This document shows, one piece after another, positions 1 through 13,675 of a stretch of 64,000 nt of DNA. The stretch comes from Escherichia coli (GTDB lineage: Bacteria > Pseudomonadota > Gammaproteobacteria > Enterobacterales > Enterobacteriaceae): assembly GCF_048403405.1 (NCBI RefSeq), contig NZ_CP183129.1. One strand, given 5' to 3'. A model generated the notes under the pieces. The model saw nothing but the letters and a program-made list of their open reading frames with translations, was not told the DNA's origin and made no database searches. The position numbers and the translations under genes were made by a program. Positions within the stretch are counted from its first letter, which is position 1; each line of letters opens with the position of its first letter.

Positions 1-455
1 CTCAACGTGATACTTTTCAGCATTCCCGTAATTTCACGATGTAAACGCGCTTCAATCGGCAAGATTTTCGGTATTTTTATCGCACCATCAAGGACTTTTA
101 TGCCAACACAATGATAGCTCGATTGTCTGCCGTGTTTACTTTTAAAGGTTGGTTTACCTGCTTTCAGTTTCGGATTGAAAAAGTTAGAAAAAGCCACGTC
201 GAGGTTAATTACCGCCTGCTGCAACGCAATAGAATCATATTCTTTAAGCCATCCATACCGGCGGGATTTCTTCGCCACTGCAAGCAGTGGTTTGAGGTCT
301 TTACGCGGGTTTAAATTTACGCGGTGCCGCTGGTAAGAATGTTTCTTGATATGCAGAGCTTTGTTGTACGCAAAACGCACTGCACCGAACTGGGCGTTGA
401 TAAATTCAGCCTGTTCTGGTGTCGGGTAGATGCGTACTTTTGTTGCTCTTAACAT
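1..455 (-). CDS. tnpB: IS200/IS605-family TnpB (OrfB, RuvC-like RNA-guided nuclease family), N-terminal ~151 codons only; 3' part lies beyond the window start
   Basis: Minus-strand frame open from ATG (revcomp of 453-455) to the window edge with no stop; translation MLRATKVRIYPTPEQAEFINAQFGAVRFAYNKALHIKKHSYQ... resembles the OrfB_IS605 N-terminal domain. Absent from the ORF track because it has no stop inside the window. Confidence 0.7.
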   Translation of the reverse strand, partial: MLRATKVRIYPTPEQAEFINAQFGAVRFAYNKALHIKKHSYQRHRVNLNPRKDLKPLLAVAKKSRRYGWLKEYDSIALQQAVINLDVAFSNFFNPKLKAGKPTFKSKHGRQSSYHCVGIKVLDGAIKIPKILPIEARLHREITGMLKSITL

Positions 456-511
456 AATCAGCGCTCATTGATATAATGCTTTTATTTTAACACTTTAGGT
501 AAATATATCAA

Positions 512-937
512 TTGAGTAATCATGATGATTTACTGGCGGGATTCCTCCGCAAACGACACAGTGTCAGTAAGCTGGTTGTGCACCTTATTTTTACGACAAA
601 GTATCGACGTAAACTATTCGACAGTCAGATGATCGCTCAGTTGCGTGAGGCTTTTGGCTCCGCTGCGGCAAAGCTTGAATGCGAAATTATTGAGATGGAC
701 GGGGAGCCAGACCATGTACACCTGCTGGTTGCCTACCCGCCAAAACTGGCGGTCAGTGTGATGGTCAATAATTTAAAATCGGTATCATCACGTTTGCTAC
801 GCCAGCAGAACGCGCATTTACGTATGCAGAGTAAAACGGGGCTTTTGTGGTCGAGATCGTACTTTGTCTGTAGCACCGGAGAGGCAACGATTGAAACGCT
901 CAGAGCCTACGTTCAGAGTCAGTCAACACCTGATTGA
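512..937 (+). CDS. tnpA: IS200-like Y1 HUH transposase TnpA
   Basis: 141-aa ORF with an HVHLLV (HuH) motif and a C-terminal Tyr region (SRSYFV), size typical of IS200 TnpA; divergent from tnpB. Start at TTG 512 is uncertain. Confidence 0.8.
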   Translation: MSNHDDLLAGFLRKRHSVSKLVVHLIFTTKYRRKLFDSQMIAQLREAFGSAAAKLECEIIEMDGEPDHVHLLVAYPPKLAVSVMVNNLKSVSSRLLRQQNAHLRMQSKTGLLWSRSYFVCSTGEATIETLRAYVQSQSTPD

Positions 938-942
938 TCTTT

Positions 943-959
943 AAAGCCCTGCGGGCTTT
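943..959 (+). repeat. Perfect 7-bp stem / 3-nt loop hairpin (AAAGCCC-TGC-GGGCTTT) just after the tnpA stop; candidate IS subterminal hairpin or tnpA terminator
   Basis: Inverted repeat read directly from the sequence, followed by TTTT. Confidence 0.5.
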
Positions 960-1066
960 TCGCCTTATATCCCCGCCCGCATTGGGCGAGGGTTTACGGC
1001 GTTTTTCGCTAAGCAATGACTACCCTGTTTCGCTTGCATCTCCGGTGAGTTTTGCCACCCTTATAA

Positions 1067-3813
<2,747 letters not shown>

Positions 3814-3836
3814 GGCATGCTCCAGGCCGAAAAAGC

Positions 3837-4493
3837 CTAGCGTAATGGAATGATATCGCCTTGCCAACCCTGTGATGAACGCTGACCGACTAACAATAAT
3901 GAACCACGATCGGCGCGAACGATGAGACGACCATGTTCATCCCATAGTGCACTGTTACCACGGGCATTTGCCATCAGCACGGCAATTGAGTACTGATGTG
4001 AAAAAAATTGTAAGCGGCGGGTAGATGCCAGTAGGTCGGGTTCCCCCAGACATTGCCCTGTCGTAAACAGTGAACAGGTCGGATCCATATCCATACCTTC
4101 CGGTTGTTCATCGACCACCGTGATGGTTCTGGAACGACGGCCCAGACATGCACCATGACTCTGATGGTAGATCCCTGGTGTTTTTCGCCACGGTGCGAAC
4201 ACCGCAATTCCACGAATAAAGCGATCGTTATATTCAACGGGAAGGCCGGCAATGATGGTCATTCGCCAGGTCGTTGCAGCATAACAAAGCGGGTCTAACA
4301 GCGAGAGATCGGGTGGGGCAGGAAGGGCACGTCGCGAATAATCACACCCCAGTAAAGAAAGCGATGGAAAAACTAACAGCTGACATTGTTGCCTGGCGGC
4401 GGCCCTCACAAACTCCAGATGATGAGCTACCTGTTCGGTCAGTGAGGTTTTACGAGGCTCATATTGCGCTGCTGCAACTTTCCAGAACGACAT
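3837..4493 (-). CDS. yobB: C-N hydrolase (nitrilase superfamily) protein
   Basis: 218-aa ORF in the conserved position between holE and exoX. Confidence 0.85.
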   Translation of the reverse strand: MSFWKVAAAQYEPRKTSLTEQVAHHLEFVRAAARQQCQLLVFPSLSLLGCDYSRRALPAPPDLSLLDPLCYAATTWRMTIIAGLPVEYNDRFIRGIAVFAPWRKTPGIYHQSHGACLGRRSRTITVVDEQPEGMDMDPTCSLFTTGQCLGEPDLLASTRRLQFFSHQYSIAVLMANARGNSALWDEHGRLIVRADRGSLLLVGQRSSQGWQGDIIPLR

Positions 4494-4594
4494 AATGACT
4501 TCCTTTTCAAAATGACTGCAAATTATGGGTGCGGTTTAGAAAATACTCATAATTTAGCAGGCGTTATGTAAGAAAGTGTAACTCTGTATAAGTT

Positions 4595-4825
4595 TTATTT
4601 AAGTTTGGGCTCGTAAGGTAAACGTGACAGATTGACCGAAGCCAAACGGTGGGCGATAAGCCGCTCGCGAAACCAGCTGCGCAAATGTTCAGGCTGTTCA
4701 CGTTCAACCGCTTCAGCGATCACCGGCATATTGTAGCGTTCTTTAAATGCCACCCCGGCCGCCGCCAAATCGACATTCACTTTATCCATTTCTGTTTGAT
4801 CCAGTTTAGCCAGATTCTTCAGCAT
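4595..4825 (-). CDS. holE: DNA polymerase III theta subunit
   Basis: ORF 4595-4912; start placed at Met30 ([40 protein letters not shown]...) giving 76 aa. Confidence 0.9.
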
Positions 4826-4963
4826 TCTTAATCTCCTCATCATTCGCGGGCAAAAGTTACTAAGAGTGAGCCTGGATGGCAAGCCGGAATTGATGATCCT
4901 CGACTCAGACATTAGACAAGGTTATGCTCTGTAAAAAAGTTATTACAAAAAGGAATAGATAAT

Positions 4964-5338
4964 ATGGCTTCAACTGCACGCTCCCTTCGCTACGCGCTGG
5001 CAATCCTGACCACTTCGTTGGTGACACCTTCCGTCTGGGCACATGCGCATTTAACGCATCAGTATCCTGCGGCAAATGCGCAAGTGACAGCTGCCCCGCA
5101 GGCAATCACTTTAAACTTCTCGGAAGGCGTTGAAACAGGATTCAGTGGTGCAAAAATCACGGGGCCAAAAAACGAAAATATTAAAACATTACCGGCGAAG
5201 CGGAATGAGCAGGACCAAAAGCAACTGATTGTTCCACTGGCCGATTCGCTGAAACCCGGAACCTACACCGTTGACTGGTATGTTGTTTCGGTGGACGGGC
5301 ATAAAACGAAAGGACACTACACCTTTAGCGTGAAATAA
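4964..5338 (+). CDS. yobA: CopC-family periplasmic copper-binding protein
   Basis: 124-aa ORF with signal peptide; followed after 3 nt by the CopD-like yebZ. Confidence 0.9.
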   Translation: MASTARSLRYALAILTTSLVTPSVWAHAHLTHQYPAANAQVTAAPQAITLNFSEGVETGFSGAKITGPKNENIKTLPAKRNEQDQKQLIVPLADSLKPGTYTVDWYVVSVDGHKTKGHYTFSVK

Positions 5339-5341
5339 ATC

Positions 5342-6214
5342 ATGCTGGCGTTTACCTGGATCGCGCTGCGATTTATCCATTTCACCTCGCTGATGCTGGT
5401 TTTTGGCTTCGCAATGTACGGTGCCTGGCTGGCCCCCTTAACGATTCGTCGCTTGCTGACGAAGCGTTTTCTGCGTTTACAACAGCACGCTGCCGTCTGG
5501 AGTTTGATCAGTGCCACTGCAATGCTCGCCGTTCAGGGCGGGTTGATGGGAACGGGATGGACAGATGTATTTTCGCCAAACATTTGGCAGGCTGTTTTGC
5601 AAACGCAGTTTGGTGGCGTCTGGTTATGGCAAATTGTTCTCGCCCTCGTAACGTTGATCGTCGCCCTTATGCAACCGCGGAATATGCCACGTTTGCTGTT
5701 TATGCTCACTACCGCGCAATTTATTCTGCTGGCGGGAGTCGGGCATGCGACGCTGAATGAAGGGGTAACGGCGAAAATCCATCAGACTAATCACGCGATT
5801 CACCTGATCTGTGCGGCGGCGTGGTTTGGGGGATTACTGCCGGTGCTCTGGTGTATGCAACTCATTAAAGGTCGTTGGCGACACCAGGCTATTCAGGCAC
5901 TGATGCGTTTTTCCTGGTGCGGGCATTTTGCGGTGATCGGCGTACTGGCAAGCGGCGTGCTTAATGCATTGTTGATTACCGGATTTCCCCCCACGCTTAC
6001 GACTTACTGGGGCCAACTCTTATTGCTCAAAGCCATCCTGGTGATGATTATGGTGGCCATCGCGCTGGCTAATCGTTATGTTCTTGTACCGCGCATGAGG
6101 CAGGATAAAGATCGTGCGGCTCCCTGGTTTGTGTGGATGACTAAACTCGAATGGGCGATAGGTGCGGTAGTGCTGGTGATCATCAGCCTGCTTGCGACTC
6201 TCGAACCTTTTTGA
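5342..6214 (+). CDS. yebZ: CopD-family inner membrane protein
   Basis: 290-aa multi-helix hydrophobic ORF paired with yobA. Confidence 0.9.
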   Translation: MLAFTWIALRFIHFTSLMLVFGFAMYGAWLAPLTIRRLLTKRFLRLQQHAAVWSLISATAMLAVQGGLMGTGWTDVFSPNIWQAVLQTQFGGVWLWQIVLALVTLIVALMQPRNMPRLLFMLTTAQFILLAGVGHATLNEGVTAKIHQTNHAIHLICAAAWFGGLLPVLWCMQLIKGRWRHQAIQALMRFSWCGHFAVIGVLASGVLNALLITGFPPTLTTYWGQLLLLKAILVMIMVAIALANRYVLVPRMRQDKDRAAPWFVWMTKLEWAIGAVVLVIISLLATLEPF

Positions 6215-6226
6215 TGGATTACGAAA

Positions 6227-6568
6227 ATGATGAAAAAAAGTATTCTGGCGATTCTGTTACTCACCAGTTCTGCAGCGGCGCTGGCGGCACCGCAGGTGAT
6301 TACCGTCAGCCGTTTTGAAGTGGGTAAAGACAAATGGGCGTTTAATCGCGAAGAGGTGATGCTGACTTGCCGACCGGGTAATGCTTTGTATGTCATCAAC
6401 CCAAGTACCCTCGTGCAGTATCCTTTAAACGATATCGCACAAAAGGAAGTTACCAGTGGGAAGACTAAAGCCCAGCCCATTTCGGTGATTCAGATTGATG
6501 ATCCTAACAATCGCGGCGAAAAAATGAGTCTGGCACCGTTTATAGAACGAGCTGAAAAACTCTGTTAA
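6227..6568 (+). CDS. yebY: Periplasmic protein YebY (DUF2511)
   Basis: 113-aa ORF with signal peptide; third gene of the yobA-yebZ-yebY operon. Confidence 0.85.
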   Translation: MMKKSILAILLLTSSAAALAAPQVITVSRFEVGKDKWAFNREEVMLTCRPGNALYVINPSTLVQYPLNDIAQKEVTSGKTKAQPISVIQIDDPNNRGEKMSLAPFIERAEKLC

Positions 6569-6597
6569 TTACCTAAAATAGCCTTTTGATTTCCAAT

Positions 6598-6640
6598 AAA
6601 AAAACCGCCTCAGTTCTTTCACCAGAACGGGCGGTTTTTA
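6598..6640. terminator. Bidirectional rho-independent terminator (yebY on the plus strand, RyeA on the minus strand)
   Basis: Hairpin aaaCCGCC...GGCGGttttt with an A-run on the left and a T-run on the right. Confidence 0.6.
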
Positions 6641-6726
6641 ACATTTAAGCTGATGACCACCGCGCTTTTTATTGACCATTTTGCACGCAAACTGGAAAAC
6701 CTGGCGTCGTCATCTATTCTTAAAGG

Positions 6727-6829
6727 GCAAGGCATCTAAGCCTGCATTAATGCCAACTTTTAGCGCACGGCTCTCTCCCAAGAGCCATTTCCCTGGACCG
6801 AATACAGGAATCGTGTTCGGTCTCTTTTT
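6727..6829 (+). ncRNA. sdsR: Small RNA SdsR (RyeB), sigma-S-dependent Hfq-binding sRNA
   Basis: Sequence GCAAGGC...TAAGCCTGCATTAATGCCAACTTTTAGCGCACGGCTCTCTCCCAAGAGCCATTTCCCTGGACCGAATACAGGAATCGTGTTCGGTCTCTTTTT recognised as SdsR, ending in a terminator hairpin plus U-run; lies between yebY and pphA as in K-12. Confidence 0.8.
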
Positions 6830-6963
6830 ATCTGTTAAAAGCCAGAAGCATTCCCTTCGCTGACTTTATAGTCAACCATAACACACACTCTACTGTCTGA
6901 GTCCAGCGTTTTTTAACATTCTTGTTAAGATTATGTGATCTTTAGCGCGGGAGGAAAATATTG

Positions 6964-7620
6964 ATGAAACAGCCTGCGCCCGTTTATCAGAGAATTGCGG
7001 GTCATCAATGGCGACATATCTGGCTTTCAGGCGATATACACGGTTGTCTTGAGCAGTTGCGCCGCAAATTATGGCATTGTGGTTTTGATCCGTGGCGAGA
7101 TTTACTTATCTCAGTGGGAGACGTTATCGATCGTGGGCCGCAAAGTTTACGTTGCCTGCAGTTACTGGAACAACATTGGGTTCGTGCGGTAAGAGGCAAT
7201 CATGAACAGATGGCGATGGATGCGCTGGCATCCCAGCAGATGTCTTTATGGTTGATGAATGGCGGCGACTGGTTTATTGCGCTGGCAGATAATCAACAGA
7301 AACAAGCGAAAACGGCGCTGGAAAAATGTCAGCATTTGCCCTTTATTCTTGAAGTACACAGTCGCACCGGCAAGCATGTTATTGCTCATGCCGATTATCC
7401 GGATGATGTTTATGAATGGCAAAAGGACGTCGATTTGCATCAGGTCTTGTGGAGCCGCTCGCGATTAAGTGAACGCCAAAAAGGGCAGGGAATTACAGGT
7501 GCTGATCATTTCTGGTTTGGTCATACACCGTTGCGCCATCGCGTGGATATTGGCAACCTGCATTATATTGATACAGGTGCTGTCTTTGGGGGCGAACTGA
7601 CTGTTGTGCAATTGCAATAA
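6964..7620 (+). CDS. pphA: Serine/threonine protein phosphatase 1 (PPP family)
   Basis: 218 aa from ATG 6964; GDIHG and GNHE metallophosphatase motifs. Confidence 0.9.
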   Translation: MKQPAPVYQRIAGHQWRHIWLSGDIHGCLEQLRRKLWHCGFDPWRDLLISVGDVIDRGPQSLRCLQLLEQHWVRAVRGNHEQMAMDALASQQMSLWLMNGGDWFIALADNQQKQAKTALEKCQHLPFILEVHSRTGKHVIAHADYPDDVYEWQKDVDLHQVLWSRSRLSERQKGQGITGADHFWFGHTPLRHRVDIGNLHYIDTGAVFGGELTVVQLQ

Positions 7621-7812
7621 TTAAAAATCACCGTACTCCTGTGCAGGTCGCCAGAAACCATCTATAAAATCCTCAATCGGAAAACAACCGCCATGGCGGA
7701 TCCGTTGATCGCTCATAGAATAAAGACACTGCTGTTCCGTGTTGTAGACATCCACAACAATATCTTCACAACCGCCATCCAGGTAGCAAACAAAAAGTAC
7801 CAGCGCGAACAT
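7621..7812 (-). CDS. yebW: Small uncharacterized protein YebW
   Basis: ORF 7621-7896; start placed at the internal Met giving 63 aa, conserved position. Confidence 0.6.
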   Translation of the reverse strand: MFALVLFVCYLDGGCEDIVVDVYNTEQQCLYSMSDQRIRHGGCFPIEDFIDGFWRPAQEYGDF

Positions 7813-7916
7813 TTCATCCCCGAAGTGTGGTGCCGTACCGTTAAGTTTAGGAGAGATTTTACAACGGGGGAATAACCAGGACAAATAACCCGCCATGCCG
7901 ACGGGTTCTTTTTGGA

Positions 7917-8153
7917 TCAGGCAAGACGCATAATCCAGGCATCAGATTGTTGATCGTAACGGGTACGGTAAAGGACAGAGTGTTCGCCATTTAGCAGGGC
8001 AGGAATACTGGTTTCAGCATCCCAGGCATCCAGTTGCATACATAAATCGGGGTCAGATTTACAAGGAATGGTTAACGTTCGATCACCCGGCGATTCGCCG
8101 TGTAATTCGCCGTCGTCGATTTCAAAAGCGCCTATGCGCACACTGGTTTTCAT
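7917..8153 (-). CDS. yebV: Small uncharacterized protein YebV
   Basis: ORF 7917-8168; start at MKTSVRIGAFEIDDGELHG... giving 78 aa. Confidence 0.7.
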   Translation of the reverse strand: MKTSVRIGAFEIDDGELHGESPGDRTLTIPCKSDPDLCMQLDAWDAETSIPALLNGEHSVLYRTRYDQQSDAWIMRLA

Positions 8154-8270
8154 CTTCGTGCTCTCCATTTAGCTGCCGGTTGTGGTACGACCAGTCCGAT
8201 CGCACCATTTTTCAGCGTAGTCAAGGCAGTGAGATTCGCCAGTCAAAACGTGCGCTTTTTTTGTGCTCTT

Positions 8271-9710
8271 TCAGGCGTTACCGGTAAAAAGTTTCCCGTC
8301 GCGCACCAGTTCACGCGGGTAGCTGTTTTTCAGTCGCGAACCAATTCGTTTGGCTAAACCAATCGGCTGATGCTGGAAAGTAACCAATACATCATCCGCC
8401 ACTGGCGCGGCTTGCGGGTAAACATCGCGCCCGCGATACCACTCTTCCGCTTCCTGCGGTGTCAGTTCAAAAGCGTTCACATTGTCGGGGGAGGCAAGGG
8501 CAATAACCGCTTCATGCTGCCAGCGATAACCTTTGTTATGCGTTTCGGCAAGTTTAATCCCCAACCGAGAAAATCGGACTTTACCGATCATGGCTTCAAT
8601 GCCCACCGGGAACAACCACAGTTCTTTGTCGCGTTGCCAGAGTCGCAGGTTTCCATCCCAGTTTAAGCCAACACTTGCAGCCGCCTGACGAATTTGTCCG
8701 GCTTCGCGATCTTTCACCGGGCTAAACGGAAAATTACTGACTTTGTATTTTGGGGCGGGTAACGCAGGAATCGCCTTGGTTTTACGCAGACGAGCAACGA
8801 AGAAGCCTTCGCAGTCGTAAATTTGTGGGAAAACATGCAAAAAGCCTTCTTCGGTCAGTGCCTTGTCCGCACCAGGGAAGAGATTGCCAAGCGGTAAAAA
8901 CTCTACTGCGTCGGGGTAAGTCTCTTTCAGCCACCGGCAGACGGCTTCATTTTCTTCCTGGTTTAAGGTACAGGTCGAGTAAACCAGCGTACCGCCAGGG
9001 CGTAATGCATGAAAGGCGCTGTCGATCAGTTCCCGTTGGGTAGCTGCGATTTCCTGATTGCTTTCTGGTGACCAGTTTTTTAGCGCATCGGGATCTTTAC
9101 GCACCACGCCTTCGCCGGAGCAGGGAGCGTCCAGCAAAATGGCATCGAACATTTCTGGCAACGCCGCACCAAACACGCGGCCATCAAAATGTGTGAGCGC
9201 AACATTACTGATACCACAGCGGCTGATATTGGCATGTAACACTTTTACCCGACTGGCGGAAAACTCATTGGCAAGGATTGCCCCTTCGTTATTCATCCGC
9301 GCAGCAATTTGTGTCGTTTTGGAACCTGGTGCAGCAGCGACATCCATCACCCGCTGTGGTGCATTACCGTCAGCAAACAAGGCGGCAACAGGCAACATTG
9401 AACTGGCTTCCTGAATATAAAACAGGCCGCTTAAATGCTCGGCGGTACTACCCAACGGCAATGCATCTTCATTGTCGCGTTCAATCCAGAAACCTTCTTC
9501 ACACCACGGAATTGGCGTAAGCGTCCAGCCATAAGGGGCGGTTAATTGCAGGAAATCAGCAACGGAGATTTTCAGCGTATTAACGCGAATACTGCGGCGC
9601 AACGGGCGCTGACAGGCGGCAAGAAAATCATCAAATGAGAGCGTCGAAGGCATTGCTTCGCGCATTTGTGTCAGAAAGGCGTCCGGGAAATAAACGGTGT
9701 GTTGGGCCAC
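8271..9710 (-). CDS. rsmF: 16S rRNA m5C1407 methyltransferase
   Basis: ORF 8271-9716; GTG start at 9710 gives 479 aa ([15 protein letters not shown]...); SAM-dependent methyltransferase motifs. Confidence 0.9.
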   Translation of the reverse strand: MAQHTVYFPDAFLTQMREAMPSTLSFDDFLAACQRPLRRSIRVNTLKISVADFLQLTAPYGWTLTPIPWCEEGFWIERDNEDALPLGSTAEHLSGLFYIQEASSMLPVAALFADGNAPQRVMDVAAAPGSKTTQIAARMNNEGAILANEFSASRVKVLHANISRCGISNVALTHFDGRVFGAALPEMFDAILLDAPCSGEGVVRKDPDALKNWSPESNQEIAATQRELIDSAFHALRPGGTLVYSTCTLNQEENEAVCRWLKETYPDAVEFLPLGNLFPGADKALTEEGFLHVFPQIYDCEGFFVARLRKTKAIPALPAPKYKVSNFPFSPVKDREAGQIRQAAASVGLNWDGNLRLWQRDKELWLFPVGIEAMIGKVRFSRLGIKLAETHNKGYRWQHEAVIALASPDNVNAFELTPQEAEEWYRGRDVYPQAAPVADDVLVTFQHQPIGLAKRIGSRLKNSYPRELVRDGKLFTGNA

Positions 9711-9789
9711 GAGCATGTACCACTGGCAAAAAAACAGGCGCGCAGTTTAGCATAAACGCTCCGGCGCAGGCACGCCGGAGCAGTGGGCA

Positions 9790-12423
9790 TTATTTGGGCA
9801 GCGCAGTTCCCCATTCACGCCACTCTTTCGGTTCACTTTCCTGCAACAGGAAGTGCTTGCCTTCCTGGGCTTTCGGTGCCAGTGGCGTACCCGGAGGCGT
9901 GGCGAAGGCGATGCCGCCACGGATAAACTGGTTAAAGGTGCCGGTTTTCACTACGCCGCCCGTCAGACCAAAGTCCAGACTATAACCCGATGCCAACCAG
10001 AAGACGGAATTGTTACGCACCAGGTGTTGATAGCGTTTACTGATGCGCATCGCAATCATCACGCGATCTGACAATGTCCCCAGCGTCATACCTGTAACCG
10101 TACCGACTTCCAGACCACGGAACAGCACAGGTGTACCGATGCCTAACGAACCGGCTTCCGGCGCTTCAACAATAATGCTCAAGCCATCCAGGTAACGCGA
10201 ATCAGTAATGGTAGCCTCTTGTAATTCAAAGTCGCGCCGAGGATTGCCCCGGCCTGGTTCGACGTTGATATACGGCTGGAGGATAGTATCAAGATGCTCA
10301 ACGCCAGCTGCCGAAATTTGCGGTGTGACCACTGAGAAGCGCGTACCACCGCGAGCAAAGGTCTGGACATATTCCGGATAGAGCACCGCCTTTGCCTGTA
10401 CTTCATTGCGCGCGGTAATCAGATCCAGCGTCTGGATTTGCCCGATATCAATACCGAGATAGCGAATTGGCATCCCGACCGCCAGTTTTCCGGCATCGAA
10501 AGCGTGAAGCGTAATCTGCCCGCCAACCGCACGGGCTGCTGTTTCGGAAGCATACAGAATACGCTTGTCGCCTTTACGCTGACTGGCGCTGGCACCGCTG
10601 AGGTTATCGAAGCTAATAGCCCCCTTTAATGCTCTGGAGAGCGGGGATGCCTGTACAGTCAGACCACTACCATTCAGCTGAACTTTCGCCCCACCTTCTG
10701 CCCAGAACACGCTGTTGCTGGTCAGAAGGTTGCGATACTCCGGCTTAATATGCAGATCGATATCAAACGCGTTAGCTCGCGGACGCACGGTAATAACTTC
10801 ACCAACTTCAAATTTACGGTACAGCACTACCGATCCTGCCTGCACATCCGGCAGCGTCTCTGCACTCAAACTCACGGTTGTGGTGGGTAAATCGCTAAGG
10901 CTGTTCTCCAGCGCTTTTTCCAGATTGGCATACAGTGGATAGCTGGCTTTCATCTCGCCTTTATCGCCTGGCAGAATACGTATCCCGCCGTTAATCCATT
11001 CTGAGGCGCTGGCACCAAGAAACTCAACGCCATCCAGCCCCACCTTCACGTCGACACGGCTGTTGACGACAAATTTGCTATCGCCTTTTACCAGTTCGCG
11101 ATGCTGAGGCTCGATGGCGACGGTAAAGGTAACGCCTTTGCTGGTGAGTTTACGATCAATAACCTGGCCTACCTGCACGCCGTGAAGAATGAGCGGCTGA
11201 CCAGCATCAATGCCGTAACTTTCTGGTGCTGTCAGGGTCAGTGTCAGAACATCCGGCTCTTGTAGCAGGGCTTTTTCACCTGGCACAACAACGAACTCTT
11301 TGCGTGGCTCGCCATCGCCGGGCACCAACTCAAAGGTTTTTCCGGTCAGCAGGGCGCTGAGATTGGCATCGCTAAGGGATAATTTCGGGTTGCGTAATTC
11401 GATGCGGGTATTTTCACGAAGCAGGGTGACGACGCTGGGATCAACGGTCATTTCCCCAGTGACTTTACCACCAGGATTTAAATCCAGTTTAGTCAGCTGT
11501 CCGACTTCCAGCCCCTGATACATTAACGGCGTCGAGTCGGCGGTTAATCCGGCCCCACTCGGCAGTTCCAGTTTGATTATTACGCCACGCTGGCTATGGG
11601 CCAGGTCTTCATACAGACCAAAGGTATCTTCCGCCTCGGCAGGTTTCGACTCTTCTGGTGAATCGAAGGCAATCGCACCGTTAACCAGTGCCGCCAGACT
11701 TTCCAGTTTCACCTTCGCGCCACTGATACTGACGTTGGCATCAACGCCGGAAACGTTCCAGAAACGGCTACCTTTTTTCACCAGGTCGGTAAAACGCCGC
11801 TCGATCAGGACATCAATCACCACGCCTTGCTTGTTGGGATTGATGGCATAGTCGTAGACTTTTCCCACCGGGATCTTACGGAAATAGACCAATGAACCGC
11901 TGTTCAGTGAACCGAGATCGGGGGCTTGCAGGTGGATCATCAGATCGCCATTGTCCAGCCGATATTTCGGTTGGGTATCGAGTGCGACAAAGTGATCCTG
12001 CTCTTTACCTTTACCTGGCATCATGCCGATATAGTTACCACCGACGAGGGCATCCAGCCCGGAGACACCTGCCAGCGAGGCCTTTGGCGTCACCAGCCAG
12101 AACTGTGTCTCTTCGCGCAGCGCATCTTTCATATCGGACTTGATGCTGACCTTGACTTCAATCTTACGAAGATCGTCGCTCAGGCTGATATCCTGCACAG
12201 TTCCGACTTCAACGCCCTGATAACGAACAGGCGTACGGCCTGGAACAATACCATCCGCCGACATAAAGTCGATGGTGACGGTATTACCCCGGTCCTGATA
12301 ACTATCCCAAATCAGCCAACCGGCAATCATTAGCGCGATGAATGGCAGCAGCCAGAAAGGTGAGATACGGCGTTTATTTTTAATCTGCGCTTCAGTCGTC
12401 GAAGCGGGCGTTTCCTGACTCAT
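9790..12423 (-). CDS. letB: MCE-domain lipophilic envelope-spanning tunnel protein LetB (YebT)
   Basis: ORF 9790-12465; start at [19 protein letters not shown]... gives 877 aa; repeated MCE domains. Confidence 0.9.
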   Translation of the reverse strand: MSQETPASTTEAQIKNKRRISPFWLLPFIALMIAGWLIWDSYQDRGNTVTIDFMSADGIVPGRTPVRYQGVEVGTVQDISLSDDLRKIEVKVSIKSDMKDALREETQFWLVTPKASLAGVSGLDALVGGNYIGMMPGKGKEQDHFVALDTQPKYRLDNGDLMIHLQAPDLGSLNSGSLVYFRKIPVGKVYDYAINPNKQGVVIDVLIERRFTDLVKKGSRFWNVSGVDANVSISGAKVKLESLAALVNGAIAFDSPEESKPAEAEDTFGLYEDLAHSQRGVIIKLELPSGAGLTADSTPLMYQGLEVGQLTKLDLNPGGKVTGEMTVDPSVVTLLRENTRIELRNPKLSLSDANLSALLTGKTFELVPGDGEPRKEFVVVPGEKALLQEPDVLTLTLTAPESYGIDAGQPLILHGVQVGQVIDRKLTSKGVTFTVAIEPQHRELVKGDSKFVVNSRVDVKVGLDGVEFLGASASEWINGGIRILPGDKGEMKASYPLYANLEKALENSLSDLPTTTVSLSAETLPDVQAGSVVLYRKFEVGEVITVRPRANAFDIDLHIKPEYRNLLTSNSVFWAEGGAKVQLNGSGLTVQASPLSRALKGAISFDNLSGASASQRKGDKRILYASETAARAVGGQITLHAFDAGKLAVGMPIRYLGIDIGQIQTLDLITARNEVQAKAVLYPEYVQTFARGGTRFSVVTPQISAAGVEHLDTILQPYINVEPGRGNPRRDFELQEATITDSRYLDGLSIIVEAPEAGSLGIGTPVLFRGLEVGTVTGMTLGTLSDRVMIAMRISKRYQHLVRNNSVFWLASGYSLDFGLTGGVVKTGTFNQFIRGGIAFATPPGTPLAPKAQEGKHFLLQESEPKEWREWGTALPK

Positions 12424-13675
12424 GTGCATCCCAAAGTAAGCGGCTGTCCAGCCATTCCACAGCAAGAATAGTCAAAATTACCGCTGCGCCGAAATAAAAC
12501 GCAGCCGGTCCCATAGTAAAAGCGAGGATCTGATCGCGATTAATCAGCGACATGGTTAAAGATATGACAAACAGGTCGAGCATCGACCAGCGACCAATCC
12601 AGGTCACCATCCGCAGTAACAGAATGCGTGTGCGTAAACCTTGCTGGCATTTAAAATGAATACTCAACAGTAAAGTGAACATGACGATCACTTTAGTAAA
12701 CGGTACCAGAATACTGGCGATAAACACGATTCCGGCGACCGCAATGTTGCTACTTGCCAGCGACATAATCCCGGAAAGAATTGTATCTTCCTGCCGGCCA
12801 CCATTCAGATAAATGATAGAAATAGGCAACAGGTTGGCAGGTAACAATAAAACGATTGACGCTAACAGCGCCGCCCAGCATTTTTGCAGACTATGACGGC
12901 GACGCAGGCGTAGCGGGATATGGCAACGCGGGCAGCGACCACGCTGATCAGGATAGCCGGTAAAATGGCACCCAAGACAGACACGGAGTTTCTCGTCTCT
13001 ACAGGTAGCGGGGCGCTGTGGATAAAATCGCTCCCACAGTTCTTCGACATTGAGATGTGACAACGTCACCGTCGTTAAAATCACTAACGCCACAAAAGAG
13101 AACAAGCCGACACCCGCCTGGATATGGGCATAATCCTGTACCTTTATAGAAGCAACGCCAATGCCGACCAGGTAGATATCGAGCATTACCCACTCTTTCA
13201 GTCGCTCAAGCATCAGCAGTACCGGACGTAGATTCATTCCCAGTCGGTTACCAAACCATAAATAAGCTATGGAGGTCACCAGAATGAGGGGGGCACCAAT
13301 AACGCAGAAAAAGACCATTGATCCCGTTATCGCATCGCCCTGTTTGGTCATTTGCCAGATGCCTTGCATAACGTTGGCGTCAATACGAATGCCTAACAGC
13401 CAGATATGCAACAGCGGTTCGCCCCAGGCAAACGGCATAAGCAACAGCATAGTGAAGGCCATTGCCGCCAGGCGCGTTAGCGACCAGTCGCGCCCGTCAC
13501 GAATTTTTGCCTGACAGCGCGGACAATAGGCACTTTGATGAGAATTTATCTCGGGCAGGCTAAACAGCATGTCACATTGCGGGCAACGTTGGTAATCACC
13601 ACGCGGCAGTTCCTCACCGATAGCCCTCACTGTTATCTTTTTTGTCGGCGTAATTTGTGGTGTGTTAAGAGCCAT
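12392..13675 (-). CDS. letA: PqiA-family inner membrane protein LetA (YebS)
   Basis: 427-aa ORF with Cys-pair zinc-ribbon-like motifs and transmembrane segments; overlaps the letB start by 32 nt. Confidence 0.9.
   Translation of the reverse strand: MALNTPQITPTKKITVRAIGEELPRGDYQRCPQCDMLFSLPEINSHQSAYCPRCQAKIRDGRDWSLTRLAAMAFTMLLLMPFAWGEPLLHIWLLGIRIDANVMQGIWQMTKQGDAITGSMVFFCVIGAPLILVTSIAYLWFGNRLGMNLRPVLLMLERLKEWVMLDIYLVGIGVASIKVQDYAHIQAGVGLFSFVALVILTTVTLSHLNVEELWERFYPQRPATCRDEKLRVCLGCHFTGYPDQRGRCPRCHIPLRLRRRHSLQKCWAALLASIVLLLPANLLPISIIYLNGGRQEDTILSGIMSLASSNIAVAGIVFIASILVPFTKVIVMFTLLLSIHFKCQQGLRTRILLLRMVTWIGRWSMLDLFVISLTMSLINRDQILAFTMGPAAFYFGAAVILTILAVEWLDSRLLWDAHESGNARFDD

Larger units (their letters stand above)
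1..1000. mobile_element. IS200/IS605-family insertion sequence (partial; divergent tnpB and tnpA); the end nearest ptrB lies somewhere between 938 and about 1060
   Basis: tnpB and tnpA arranged divergently with a 56-bp spacer, followed by a subterminal hairpin at 943-959. The exact terminus and the far end (outside the window) cannot be fixed from sequence alone. Confidence 0.65.
6594..6870 (-). ncRNA. ryeA: Small RNA RyeA (SraC), antisense to and overlapping SdsR; boundaries approximate
   Basis: Established antisense partner of SdsR at this locus; minus-strand terminator at 6594-6640. The 5' end is not determinable from sequence. Confidence 0.4.

Noticed and set aside
111-314. 67-aa plus-strand ORF at the left edge
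   Set aside because: Antisense to the tnpB coding frame, which explains this interval.
6672-6863. 63-aa ORF in the yebY-pphA intergenic region
   Set aside because: Overlaps the SdsR sRNA; the region is better explained as the sdsR/ryeA locus.
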